A DNA stretch of 64,000 nucleotides, from positions 128,001 through 192,000 of the forward strand of contig CAXXGJ010000038.1 of assembly GCA_963677895.2 (NCBI GenBank), read 5' to 3'. The notes under the pieces were generated by a model. The model saw only the letters and a list, made by a program, of their open reading frames with translations, was not told the DNA's origin and did not search any database. A program made the translations under genes and the position numbers. This DNA is from Treponemataceae bacterium. Its GTDB lineage: Bacteria; Spirochaetota; Spirochaetia; Treponematales; Rectinemataceae. Shown one piece after another: positions 19,263 to 29,081 of this stretch; within the stretch, counting starts at the first letter, position 1, and each line of letters begins with the position of its first letter.

Positions 19263-20873
19263 CTAGTAAAGGACATTTCCCCTGTCCGCGCAAGCCATCT
19301 TCCTGCGGAACCTCACACAAATCATAATGCCGCAGAAAGCCAAAAGTAACGTGCAGAGTTCCGCGAACCAGTCGCCGTATAATGTGTAGAGCGTGGGCTC
19401 GGAAGGGGCGTAGACGGGTATGTCGACCGTCATGGACTGGGCCTCGAACTGGGGCATCTCGTAGAGCGTATTGCCCCAGGCGTCCACGACGCAGGAAACG
19501 CCGGAATTCGTGCTTCGCACCAGGGTTCGCCTGTTCTCGATGGCCCTTATCCTCGCTATAGCCCAGTGCTGGATCTGGGCGCTCTTTGTCCTGGACCAGG
19601 AATCGTTCGTCAGGTTAATGAGGAGGTCGGCCCCTTTCAGGAAATACTGGCGGCAGAGATCGGCGAAGGCATCCTCGAAGCAGATGGGGGTGCCGAATAG
19701 GATCTCCGCGCCGTCGGAAGCCCTGGGCGCAATTGGAAATAAAGTAATTTCTTTGCCCATAACCCAGCCGCTTTCCAGGCCCACGACATCCTGCATGAAG
19801 TTCCTGAACCAGTTGTATTCCCATAGAGGTATGGCCTCGGCGAAGGGAACAGGGTGGATCTTGGCATAGGAATCCAGCAGTCTTCCCTGGCTGGATATGA
19901 GAAGGACCGAATTCGTAGCTTCGTACTTGTCCCAATCGAGGATGACCGGCGCTCCCGTCAGAAGAAGCGATCCGCTTTCGGCGAGAAAGGGCAGGAGAGG
20001 ATCGGATTTCGGATTCTTGGCGAACCAAGGCCGATATTCCGCGAAAGGCCGCTGGAGGCTTGTTTCGCTGAATACGACGAGGTCCACGGGCTGACCGCCG
20101 ATCGCCTTGTTCGTCTCATAAGCCTGTCTGGCCAGATCGACGTTGGACTGCAGCACGGGCATTTCCCCCGAGAGCCAGGGATCCGTATTCTGCTGAACGA
20201 GCGTCGCGCGGATGGTCGCTTTCTGGGGGATAGGTCGCAGGCCGGCAGCCAAGCCATAGACGAGCGCGATAAAAAGCGTGAAAGCGAGGAAAGCGGCTCC
20301 TCTGGCGGCAAAATCGGGCTTTGGACTGGATAGTCGAGGTCTTCCTCGCTGCGTAATGAACTCGGCGCAAATTGCGGATGACAGGGCGAGGAGAAAGGAA
20401 ATTCCGTAGATGCCTGTCGTGTCGGCCGTCTGGAGGAGGAGGGGAATGGAGCTGAGGGAGTAGGGGAGCAGCCCCCAGGGATAGCCGAGGAAACCGATGG
20501 ATTTGAGATATTCGAAGGTAACCCATCCGATCGCGAAGAGAAAGGGGCGATAGGCGCGGACCTCATTTCGCAGAAGGAAATTGCAGTACATGGCCGCGAC
20601 GGCGTAGACAATGGCGTAGGCGAGGGTGGTCGCTCCCAGGGTCCAGAAAGCGAAATCCTTGTAGAAGAAAAGCCAATACGAAGTGAGCGCGTGATTCAAG
20701 GATCCGAAAACGGCGCCGATCAGGGCAGCCCGCCTGGGGCTGCTGGCGCGGCGCAAGGCTATATAGAGAGGAATCAGCGCCACAAAGCCGGTGGGCCAGA
20801 ACCCTGTGAGGAATATTTCATTCGGGAGGGATACTGCGCAGAGAAGCGCTGAAAAAAGCGGCAGAAGGATCAT
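19263..20873 (-). CDS. lnt: Apolipoprotein N-acyltransferase
   Basis: TM N-terminal domain with GYPW. Nitrilase triad motifs FSET, KIHPVPFAE and PICFED, plus NLTNDSW and RAIENRR. Confidence 0.95.
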   Translation of the reverse strand: MILLPLFSALLCAVSLPNEIFLTGFWPTGFVALIPLYIALRRASSPRRAALIGAVFGSLNHALTSYWLFFYKDFAFWTLGATTLAYAIVYAVAAMYCNFLLRNEVRAYRPFLFAIGWVTFEYLKSIGFLGYPWGLLPYSLSSIPLLLQTADTTGIYGISFLLALSSAICAEFITQRGRPRLSSPKPDFAARGAAFLAFTLFIALVYGLAAGLRPIPQKATIRATLVQQNTDPWLSGEMPVLQSNVDLARQAYETNKAIGGQPVDLVVFSETSLQRPFAEYRPWFAKNPKSDPLLPFLAESGSLLLTGAPVILDWDKYEATNSVLLISSQGRLLDSYAKIHPVPFAEAIPLWEYNWFRNFMQDVVGLESGWVMGKEITLFPIAPRASDGAEILFGTPICFEDAFADLCRQYFLKGADLLINLTNDSWSRTKSAQIQHWAIARIRAIENRRTLVRSTNSGVSCVVDAWGNTLYEMPQFEAQSMTVDIPVYAPSEPTLYTLYGDWFAELCTLLLAFCGIMICVRFRRKMACADRGNVLY

Positions 20874-20913
20874 ATTCGACGATTATGACAGAAAAGGGCG
20901 TCGAACAAAAGTA

Positions 20914-20942
20914 TTGACCTGAACATTCCGAGGCTATACAGT
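20914..20942 (+). promoter_or_regulatory. Sigma70-like promoter for coaD (probably leaderless)
   Basis: TTGACC-17 nt-TACAGT, 7 nt before the ATG, no SD. Confidence 0.55.
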
Positions 20943-20949
20943 CCTAACC

Positions 20950-21444
20950 ATGACTGCAGTCTTCGCCGGCACTTTCGATCCGCCCACCTCAGGCCATATG
21001 GATATCATACGCAGGGCATCCTCAATGTTCACCGAACTGAGGGTTGTCATCGCGCATAATTTCCAGAAACAGCCGCTTTTCACCGTGGATGAGCGCGCCG
21101 ACATGCTGCGCGATCTTGTCGCGGAGGCCGGACTGACCAATGTAGTCATCGATTCATGGGAAGGGCTCATTTCAGAATATGCCAAGAAACACCGCTGCGG
21201 CATTCTTCTCAGAAGCGTCAGGAACATGAGCGAAGTACCCTATGAGCAGATGATGGCTACCTTCAACAAGCGTCTCGAGGAGAATCTTGAGACCCTTCTC
21301 ATGTTCGCGAGCCCCGAATTCGTGGATGTGAGTTCGAGCGCCGTGCGCGAATTGCTTGTGTGGAAAAAGCTTCCTCGCGGCATTGTGCCAAATCTGGTGC
21401 AAAAAGAACTGGAAAAACGCTTCGGACCACTTCTACAAGATTAA
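20950..21444 (+). CDS. coaD: Pantetheine-phosphate adenylyltransferase
   Basis: AVFAGTFDPPTSGHMDII and VSSSAVRE motifs. Confidence 0.95.
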   Translation: MTAVFAGTFDPPTSGHMDIIRRASSMFTELRVVIAHNFQKQPLFTVDERADMLRDLVAEAGLTNVVIDSWEGLISEYAKKHRCGILLRSVRNMSEVPYEQMMATFNKRLEENLETLLMFASPEFVDVSSSAVRELLVWKKLPRGIVPNLVQKELEKRFGPLLQD

Positions 21445-21486
21445 AATTTGAGGTAAATTGGTGTGCGCTTGAAAAGGGCTCTGCTC

Positions 21487-21515
21487 TTGACAAAATTTGA
21501 AAATTTGTATATTGT
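21487..21515 (+). promoter_or_regulatory. Sigma70-like promoter for rpmF-acpP-rnc
   Basis: TTGACA-17 nt-TATTGT. Confidence 0.65.
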
Positions 21516-21559
21516 CCCCAGTTGTACTGGGCGAAACTTAGCGCAAATGAGGTTATATC

Positions 21560-21745
21560 ATGGCTGTACCTAAATTTAGGACTTCTAAGGCGAGAACGCG
21601 TAGACGTCGTTCCGTGAACATGAAGCTGACCGCTCCTACGATCGTACAGTGCGGAAACTGCGGCAACCCTGTTCTCCTCCACCAAGTCTGCCCGAAGTGC
21701 GGCTTTTACCGGGGCAAGCAGATCATCGCCCCAGAATCCAAATAA
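21560..21745 (+). CDS. rpmF: 50S ribosomal protein bL32 (Zn-binding type)
   Basis: MAVPK..SKARTRRRR with CxxC...HxVCxxCG.Y.G. Confidence 0.97.
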   Translation: MAVPKFRTSKARTRRRRSVNMKLTAPTIVQCGNCGNPVLLHQVCPKCGFYRGKQIIAPESK

Positions 21746-21756
21746 GGAGCACACCG

Positions 21757-21993
21757 ATGGACGAGCTTTTTGAAAAGGTCAAGAAGATTATAGCTGACAA
21801 GCTGGAAGTTGAAGAAAGCAAGATTACGCTGGACGCAAGCTTCCGCCAGGATCTTGGCGCCGATTCCCTCGATACCTACGAACTCGTGTATGGAATCGAA
21901 GAGGAGCTTGGCATCCAGATTCCCGATGAAAAAGCGAATGAGTTCGAAACTGTTCGCGATGCCTACGAATTCATCAAGACCCAGGTCAAATAA
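21757..21993 (+). CDS. acpP: Acyl carrier protein
   Basis: DLGADSLD phosphopantetheine site and AAGGAG SD. Confidence 0.97.
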   Translation: MDELFEKVKKIIADKLEVEESKITLDASFRQDLGADSLDTYELVYGIEEELGIQIPDEKANEFETVRDAYEFIKTQVK

Positions 21994-22041
21994 CGACCAT
22001 TTCGTGAAGGCGCGGGTGGATTCCCTGTCGTGGTTATGCGA

Positions 22042-22809
22042 ATGATCACGCAGGAAGTTACTCCGCGCCAGCTTTTTCTCCATGAGTTCCAAGAACGCCT
22101 CAAAATCTCATTCAACAATGTCTCCCTTCTTGATTCATCACTGACACACCGATCTTTCCTCAACGAAATCAACCAGGCCGAAGCCATTACGCACAATGAA
22201 AGACTGGAGTTCCTGGGCGACTCCGTCTTGGGTCAGGTGGTGGCATCCCTCCTCTACTTCAAGCTGGACGGAAGACCCGAAGGCGAACTGGCGCGCATAA
22301 AGAGCATCGTCGTATCGGAACAGACCCTGGCGCCTCTCGCCATGACCTTAGGCATAGCCGAAGCGCTGCGGTTGGGCAGAGGAGAGGAACTCTCGGGGGG
22401 GCGGACAAAGAAGGCTCTTCTGGCCGATGCGCTCGAAGCTCTCATCGGGGCGATTTTCCTGGACCAGGGTTATGAAGCCGCGCAGCGTTTCGTCGCCTGC
22501 CTGCTGGAATCTTCCATCGATGAGGCTATCAGCGGGAAAAGCAAGGACTACAAGACAGTCATTCAGGAATACGCGCAGAAATATTACAAGGAACTGCCTC
22601 AGTATTTTCTTGAGAAGACGGAAGGTCCGGAACACGACAGGCTTTTCTGGGTTTCCTGCAAGGTCGGCAAGAAAAAATACGGTCCCTGCAAGGGCAAGAC
22701 CAAGAAGGAAGCCGAGCAGGTGGTGGCAGAAGATATCTATTCAAGCCTGAAAAACGGCTCCGCGCTCGCGGCCAAACGTCTCGCCGCCATAACAAGCCTT
22801 TCTCAGTAG
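22042..22809 (+). CDS. rnc: Ribonuclease III
   Basis: HNERLEFLGDSVL, LADALEALIGAIFLD and a dsRBD. Start could be 22030-22042. Confidence 0.96.
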   Translation: MITQEVTPRQLFLHEFQERLKISFNNVSLLDSSLTHRSFLNEINQAEAITHNERLEFLGDSVLGQVVASLLYFKLDGRPEGELARIKSIVVSEQTLAPLAMTLGIAEALRLGRGEELSGGRTKKALLADALEALIGAIFLDQGYEAAQRFVACLLESSIDEAISGKSKDYKTVIQEYAQKYYKELPQYFLEKTEGPEHDRLFWVSCKVGKKKYGPCKGKTKKEAEQVVAEDIYSSLKNGSALAAKRLAAITSLSQ

Positions 22810-24167
22810 CCGCTCGGGTAGCGGTCCTTTAAGGCCGCGGCGATTTTAAGCAGGATTTCCCTTTCGTTCTGGGCAGGATCGTCCAGGACCGTTTCCAACA
22901 ATTCACCTAGAATTTTCCCCATGACGGGCCCCCTGGGCACGCCTATGAGCGCCAAGTCGTTTCCGTTTACCGCAAGGTCCTTGATGCTGAAGGCGGTCTT
23001 CTGCAACAAGATCGCGTCGATGCGTTTCCTGAAGGCGTCGAGAGGGCTGGGGTCGGGTTTCGTGCCCTGCGTGGCGGCCGCGTCGGCAATCCGCAGGTCA
23101 AAAAGATCCTCGATGGAGTCGACTCCCACTTTGGTTATGAAACGCCTGACGGCGGCGTCGCTCCAGTCTTCCGTGAAATTGAACATATGGTTTCTGATGA
23201 GGTGAAGGACCTTGTCCATAACCTCGTTGGGAAACTTCAATCTCCGCATGGCCACGGCAGCCAGCTGGGCGGAGACTTTCTCATGGTTGTAGAAGGTGGG
23301 AATACCGTCGGGGCCCAGAACGGAAGCCGCCGGTTTTCCCGCGTCGTGAAAGAGCGCCGCCAGCCTTACGGCCAAGTCCATTCGCGCTGCATCCACCGAC
23401 AGGAAAAGGTGATCCATGACATCGAAAGAATGCATGCCTTTTTGCCCGCAGCCCCTGGAGGGAAGCAATTCGGGCAGTATTTCGTCCAGGAATCCCGAGG
23501 ATTCCAGAAGCCGCAATCCCGTCGAAGGGGAAGGACTCATGAGAATTTTCTGCAGCTCGTCGCGCACTCTTTCCCGGGAAACTTGCCTGAATGTTCCAAG
23601 GGCCGATGAAATCGCGAAAAAGGTCGATTCCTCGATGGAGAAACCCAGCTGGGCGGCGAAACGGATGGCCCTGAGCGGCCTCAAACCGTCCTCTGCGAAC
23701 CTTAGAGCGGGGGAGCCTACGCTTCTGATGCAGCGCTTCTTTATATCTTCCTGACCGAGGAATGGATCGTAGAGTTTGCCAGATAGCACGTCCAGCGCCA
23801 TCGCGTTCATGGTGAAATCGCGCCTGGACAGGTCTTCCTCGATATCGGCTACGAATTTCACTGAATCGGGCCTCCGCCCGTCCGTGTAGCCGCCCTCAAC
23901 CCTGAAGGTCGTGATTTCCACCGAAAAGCGGCCGGTCAGCACCGTCACCGTTCCATGTTTGATACCCGTGGGAATAACCCTCGGGAAAAGGGAGATTATC
24001 TCCTGAGGCGAGGCGTCGGTGGCCATGTCAAAGTCATTGCCGACCCGACGCTTCATGAAATGATCGCGAAGCGCGCCGCCGACGAGATAGGCTTTCTTGC
24101 CCCTGCTGTTCACCTTTTCGGCGATGAGGCGGATTTCCTTGGGTATATTGAAAAGAGTGAGCATCAT
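22803..24167 (-). CDS. cca: CCA-adding tRNA nucleotidyltransferase with HD domain
   Basis: LVGGALRD, DFDMAT, DLSRRDFTMNA, EDGLRPLR and LFHDAGK motifs. Start approximate. Confidence 0.9.
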   Translation of the reverse strand: MMLTLFNIPKEIRLIAEKVNSRGKKAYLVGGALRDHFMKRRVGNDFDMATDASPQEIISLFPRVIPTGIKHGTVTVLTGRFSVEITTFRVEGGYTDGRRPDSVKFVADIEEDLSRRDFTMNAMALDVLSGKLYDPFLGQEDIKKRCIRSVGSPALRFAEDGLRPLRAIRFAAQLGFSIEESTFFAISSALGTFRQVSRERVRDELQKILMSPSPSTGLRLLESSGFLDEILPELLPSRGCGQKGMHSFDVMDHLFLSVDAARMDLAVRLAALFHDAGKPAASVLGPDGIPTFYNHEKVSAQLAAVAMRRLKFPNEVMDKVLHLIRNHMFNFTEDWSDAAVRRFITKVGVDSIEDLFDLRIADAAATQGTKPDPSPLDAFRKRIDAILLQKTAFSIKDLAVNGNDLALIGVPRGPVMGKILGELLETVLDDPAQNEREILLKIAAALKDRYPSGY

Positions 24168-24346
24168 CAGGCCAACTTCCCACACTGGATCGACATATGC
24201 GTGAAAGTCTATACCAAGCCCTCCCATATTGTCCATCAAGCGCGTGTCAGCGCCGGTCGTCATGCCGGCTTGCCGATCGGTAATTGCCGTTTGGCGCTTG
24301 GAGGGCATGATTGACAAACTGTCTGCTTGATACGAACCTGATCCGG

Positions 24347-24994
24347 ATGAAAGCGTTAATCATAACGGGCGGGGAAGGCCCTGCACCGGATAATCTCAGG
24401 CGACTGGCCGAGGCGGCCGATCTTGTCATAGCCGCGGACTCTGGCCTCGACGCGGCCATCCAGGCAAGCATCCAGCCTGATCTCGTCGTCGGGGATTTTG
24501 ACAGCCTGGAAGATTTGTCCAGCCTAGACGCGATTCCCCCGGAACGGATCCTTCGGTATTCGCCCGAAAAGGACGATACCGATACGGAAATCGCCTTATC
24601 AGCGGCCAGGGCGAGAGGAGCCGACTATCTCGTCATCGCCGGCGGCGGAGGAGGAAGGCTGGATCACCTGCTCGCCTTGACCAATCTGTTCGCCAGAAGT
24701 GAGACGCCCCGCGAATGGCATACGCTTCATGACTCGATCTATTTCCTGGAAAAGAAAACATCGGCTGTTTTTAACGTTGTCTCCGGGGCGACGGTCTCTG
24801 TTTTTCCCGCCGGGAGCGGGAGAAGCGTGGGCATGTCGTCCGAAGGATTAAAATGGCCGCTAAAGGGCCTTCGATGGGAAAAAGGGCATTTCGGCATCAG
24901 CAACGAAGGCACGACTGAGAAAATCGGGATTTCAGCGGGATCCAGCGCCCTTCTCGTTATCCTTCCCGCCGGCGGCGAACGCCTTCTTGAGTAG
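24347..24994 (+). CDS. thiN: Thiamine diphosphokinase
   Basis: IAADSG, GDFDS, EKDDTDTE, GGRLDH, GLKWPL and GISN motifs. Confidence 0.93.
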   Translation: MKALIITGGEGPAPDNLRRLAEAADLVIAADSGLDAAIQASIQPDLVVGDFDSLEDLSSLDAIPPERILRYSPEKDDTDTEIALSAARARGADYLVIAGGGGGRLDHLLALTNLFARSETPREWHTLHDSIYFLEKKTSAVFNVVSGATVSVFPAGSGRSVGMSSEGLKWPLKGLRWEKGHFGISNEGTTEKIGISAGSSALLVILPAGGERLLE

Positions 24995-25444
24995 ATCGTA
25001 GCTTTCGAGGGGATTCTGAACCAGGACTTTCTTTCCGCCAATCAGCTCGGCGATGCCTATTTCGTTCTTATACCGCGGAATGATATGCATATGAAGATGT
25101 TCGATGCTGCCGCCCGCCACCAAGCCCTGATTGTAGCCGATATTATATCCGGCCGGGTTATAGACGCTATCTAGTTTATCCAGACAGAGATTGACGGCAA
25201 GATTCATCGCCTGTTTTTCGTCCTCGTTGAAAAAGCGGATATCGGTGATATGGCGCCTGGGGAAAATGATGAGATGCCCTGGATTATAGGGATAGAGGTT
25301 TAAAGACACTATAAGATGTGCGTTTTCGTATACAACAAGGCGTTCCACATTCTCTGAACCGTCGCGAATCAGGCAAAGCGTGCAGCCGTGCAGCTTCTTC
25401 TCCTTCAGGTAGCCCATTTTATTGAAATTGAAGAAGTATTCCAT
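24932..25444 (-). CDS. HIT-family protein (Ap4A phosphorylase/hydrolase-like)
   Basis: CxxC, NLYPYNPGHL and GYNIGYNQG..AGGSIEHLHMHIIPR motifs. Confidence 0.9.
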   Translation of the reverse strand: MEYFFNFNKMGYLKEKKLHGCTLCLIRDGSENVERLVVYENAHLIVSLNLYPYNPGHLIIFPRRHITDIRFFNEDEKQAMNLAVNLCLDKLDSVYNPAGYNIGYNQGLVAGGSIEHLHMHIIPRYKNEIGIAELIGGKKVLVQNPLESYDLLKKAFAAGGKDNEKGAGSR

Positions 25445-25488
25445 CGTCCCTCCTACAAACTTTGCATGTAGTATAGTACCATCTAACC

Positions 25489-25866
25489 ATGGAGCCTTCG
25501 GAAAAATCGGTCACTCGCGACAAAAATGCGGACGGAATCGTGTCCATTCGACGAATCTTCGGATGGGCGGCCCTAGCTTCGCTTTTGTTCATGCTCCTAT
25601 GCGTCGCCATCATGGCTTCCTCAAAGGCATTGAGGCTTGATCAGAAGGTCAACCAGGTCATCTTCGACTGTCTTTTTTATGGCGGCCTCGGATTTTTCGT
25701 AACGACCTCAGCCAGATTCTGCCTGGACATTATGTATGGCATATTAGGACTTTTGCAAGTAAAAATAACCGAGCTTCTCGCCTGGCTGGCGCTTTCGATT
25801 TTCAGTCTGCTGCCCATCGCCGCGATGTATGCCTTCCTGCGGTTGGCCGCAGGTTTTCGGGCCTGA
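25489..25866 (+). CDS. Hypothetical membrane protein (about 3 TM)
   Basis: ORF with three hydrophobic segments that fills the gap between HIT and gltX. Confidence 0.6.
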   Translation: MEPSEKSVTRDKNADGIVSIRRIFGWAALASLLFMLLCVAIMASSKALRLDQKVNQVIFDCLFYGGLGFFVTTSARFCLDIMYGILGLLQVKITELLAWLALSIFSLLPIAAMYAFLRLAAGFRA

Positions 25867-25950
25867 AAGCGCTTTTCACCTGGACCCTTCCTTGACCCTT
25901 GAAAGGACGGGAGCTATACTCGCGAGTCGTTTAGAGACAAGGAGCTGCCG

Positions 25951-27441
25951 ATGAGCACAAGAGTGAGGTATGCGCCTTCCCCCACGGGAAACCAGCATAT
26001 TGGCGGAGTTCGCACGGCCCTGATCAATTATCTTTTCGCCCGTTCGAGCGGCGGAACCTTCATCCTCAGGCTCGAGGATACGGACCGAACCCGCTATTCA
26101 GACGAATACGTGAAGAACCTTTACGATACCTTCAAGTGGCTGGGTTTCTACTGGGACGAAGGTCCCGATGTCGGAGGCCCCGCGGGACCCTACGTTCAGT
26201 CGGAGCGTTTTCCCATCTACAGGGAGTATGCCGAAAAGCTCGTCGCCATGGACAAGGCCTACTATTGCTTCTGCGACGAGGAGAGGCTGGGCAAGCTCAG
26301 GGAAGATCAGGCGCTGGCCAAGACGGGAGACCAGGGCTACGACCGGCACTGCAGGAACCTCGATAAAGCCGAGGTCGAAAAAAATCTCGCCGAAGGCAAG
26401 AATTACGTGATTCGCCTCAAGATACCCATGGAAGGGACAACCGTATTCCATGACAGGCTTCTAGGCTCCATCGAGTGGAAAAACGAGGACATCAGCCCCG
26501 ATCCGGTGCTGCTCAAGTCCGACGGTTTTCCGACCTATCATCTCGCCAACGTGGTGGACGACCATTTGATGAATATTACCCAGGTCATGAGGGCCCAGGA
26601 GTGGATACCTTCGGCTCCCCTGCACAGGATCATGTACGACGCCTTCGGCTGGGAGATGCCCGAGCTTTGCCACCTCCCCATGGTGCTCGGCCAGGACGGC
26701 CACAAGCTTTCGAAGCGCCATGGCGCCACCGCCGTCAACGAATTCAGGAAAGCCGGCTACCTCCCCGAGGCGCTGATCAATTATATCGCCCATCTGGGAT
26801 GCTCCTTCGAGGAAGGACGCGATCTCTTCAGCCTCGGCGACATGGAGAGGCTCTTCAAGCTGGAGAAGTTGAACAAGGCTCCCGCCATATTCGATTACCA
26901 GAAGCTCGAATGGTTCAATGGACAATATATCAGGATGAAGACCGACGCCGAACTGGCGGCGGCCGTAAGACCTTTCCTCGTCGAGGCGGGGCTTCGTAAA
27001 ACCGGCCTTGGCGCCGCGGAAGACGAGAAAGCGGAGGCCTTCGAAGTGAAGGCCATGCCGCTCGTGAAGGAGAGACTCAAGCTCCTCTCCGAAGCGCCGG
27101 CCATGATGGCCTACCTGTACGGCAGGCCGGCCTTGCCCGCGGTCGAGGAGTTCATCCCCAAGAAACTCGATGTCGCCGCGGCCGTAGCCATGCTTCGGGA
27201 GAATCTGGCCCTCGTCCGCAGCGTCGATTTCAGCGACATCCCCGCCGCGGAGGAGTGCTTCAAGGCGCGGTCGGTAGAGATCAACGCCAAGCTCGGGAAC
27301 ATGCTCATGCCGCTCCGCGTGGCGATCACCGGATCCAGGGTGAGTCCGCCTCTTTTCGAATCCATCCAGCTCCTCGGAGCGGAGGAATCCGCCGCGCGAA
27401 TAGAAGCGGCAATCGCCTATCTTGGCGCACAGAAGGTCTGA
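25951..27441 (+). CDS. gltX: Glutamate--tRNA ligase
   Basis: RYAPSPTG..HIGG, FILRLEDTD and KLSKR motifs. Confidence 0.97.
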   Translation: MSTRVRYAPSPTGNQHIGGVRTALINYLFARSSGGTFILRLEDTDRTRYSDEYVKNLYDTFKWLGFYWDEGPDVGGPAGPYVQSERFPIYREYAEKLVAMDKAYYCFCDEERLGKLREDQALAKTGDQGYDRHCRNLDKAEVEKNLAEGKNYVIRLKIPMEGTTVFHDRLLGSIEWKNEDISPDPVLLKSDGFPTYHLANVVDDHLMNITQVMRAQEWIPSAPLHRIMYDAFGWEMPELCHLPMVLGQDGHKLSKRHGATAVNEFRKAGYLPEALINYIAHLGCSFEEGRDLFSLGDMERLFKLEKLNKAPAIFDYQKLEWFNGQYIRMKTDAELAAAVRPFLVEAGLRKTGLGAAEDEKAEAFEVKAMPLVKERLKLLSEAPAMMAYLYGRPALPAVEEFIPKKLDVAAAVAMLRENLALVRSVDFSDIPAAEECFKARSVEINAKLGNMLMPLRVAITGSRVSPPLFESIQLLGAEESAARIEAAIAYLGAQKV

Positions 27442-27445
27442 AATC

Positions 27446-28957
27446 GTGCAGGTTAAAGCATTCGACAACGAAAAATATTTGGCTGAGCAGGCGGCATTCA
27501 TAAGCGCCAGGGCGGTTGGAACCGAAAAACTTTACCTGGAATTCGGAGGGAAACTCCTCTGGGACTGGCACGCGGCCAGGGTTCTTCCTGGCTATGATCC
27601 CAACGTCAAGATCAAACTTCTGTCCATGCTCAAGGACAAGGCCGAAGTCATACTGTGCATCTACGCCGGCGATATAGAGAGAAAGCGTATGCGCGGCGAT
27701 TTCGGCATCACCTACGACGCGAGCGCGCTGCAGATTCTCGACCAGCTGGCGGATTGGGGCGTTTCGGTCGCGGCCGTCGTGATAACCCGCTTCGAAGGCC
27801 AGCCCGCCGCCGAGCAGTTCGGCTCCCTTCTGGAACGCAGGGGCGTGAAGGTATTCAAGCATAAGCCGACGAAAGGCTATCCCAACGATGTCGAATGCAT
27901 CGTGAGTCCGGAAGGCTACGGCGCGAACGACTATATTCCGACCACCAAACCCATCGTCGTCGTCACGGGGCCGGGACCGGGCTCGGGCAAGCTCGCCACG
28001 GCCCTGTCCCTCGTCTACAAAGACTATCTCGACGGCAGGAAGGCGAGCTACGCCAAGTTCGAGACCTTTCCCGTGTGGAACATGCCGCTGAAGCATCCCC
28101 TCAACATCGCCTACGAGGCCGCCACGGTGGATCTCGGGGATTTCAACTGCGTCGATCCCTTCCATCTGGAAGCCACCGGCGAAACCTCCATCAACTATAA
28201 CCGCGACGTGGAAGTGTTCCCCGTGCTCCGCCATATCCTCGACAAGGTTTCAGGCGGCGCCGCGGGATACCGCTCCCCGACGGAGATGGGAGTCAACCGC
28301 ATCGCTTCGGGAATCGTCGACGATCAGGCGGTGCGGGAAGCCGCATGCCAGGAAATCATACGCCGCTATTTCCGGCACAGCTGCGAGTATGCCCTGGGAA
28401 TCTCCGAAAAGCCGCTCATCCTTCGCGTTCAGGCCATCATGGACGAGCTGGGAGTGAAGCCCGAGGACAGGAAGGTCGTGGGCCACGCCAGGACGGCGGC
28501 TGAAAAAGCCTTGAAAGAAGGGAAGGGAAACCAGGGCATATGCGTCGGAGCCGCCTTGGAGCTCCCCGACGGCTCCATCGTCACCGGGAAGAACTCGCCC
28601 TTCCTCCACGCGTCCAGCGCCGTGGTTCTCAATGCCGCGAAACATCTGGCCGGAATTCCATCCAAGATACACCTGCTCCCGCCTGTCGTCACGGCGAGCA
28701 TCGCGAGCCTGAAGCGGGATGTCCTGGGGCGAAAATCGGTGTCCCTGAGCCTGGATGAAGCCCTCATCGCCCTCTCCGTCAGCGCGGCCATGAATCCTTC
28801 AGCCCAGGCCGCCATGGAAGCCCTCAAGGCCCTGTCCGGCTGCGAGCTGCACCTTACGCACATACCGGCCACGGGAGACGAAGTAGGCTTGCGCCGATTG
28901 GGTCTGAACGCTACGAGCGATCCTTTCTTCGCAGGCAACAACCTTTTTCATTCCTGA
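27446..28957 (+). CDS. DUF1846 (UPF0371) family protein
   Basis: KLYLEFGGKL..D.HAARVLPGYDPN, GPGPGSGKLAT, YAKFETFPVWN, NYNRDVE.FP and Y.SPT.MGVN. GTG start 4 nt after the gltX stop. Confidence 0.9.
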   Translation: MQVKAFDNEKYLAEQAAFISARAVGTEKLYLEFGGKLLWDWHAARVLPGYDPNVKIKLLSMLKDKAEVILCIYAGDIERKRMRGDFGITYDASALQILDQLADWGVSVAAVVITRFEGQPAAEQFGSLLERRGVKVFKHKPTKGYPNDVECIVSPEGYGANDYIPTTKPIVVVTGPGPGSGKLATALSLVYKDYLDGRKASYAKFETFPVWNMPLKHPLNIAYEAATVDLGDFNCVDPFHLEATGETSINYNRDVEVFPVLRHILDKVSGGAAGYRSPTEMGVNRIASGIVDDQAVREAACQEIIRRYFRHSCEYALGISEKPLILRVQAIMDELGVKPEDRKVVGHARTAAEKALKEGKGNQGICVGAALELPDGSIVTGKNSPFLHASSAVVLNAAKHLAGIPSKIHLLPPVVTASIASLKRDVLGRKSVSLSLDEALIALSVSAAMNPSAQAAMEALKALSGCELHLTHIPATGDEVGLRRLGLNATSDPFFAGNNLFHS

Positions 28958-29081
28958 AGTGGCAATTCAGTCTCTAAAGTGAAGGTTTAGCGACTAATCT
29001 CCTCTCCTCCGCCTTGACCGTCCGCCTCGTTGCGCGGCATAGTAACGCCACCACGCCCCTGAAGCGCGGCAAGGAGCCATT

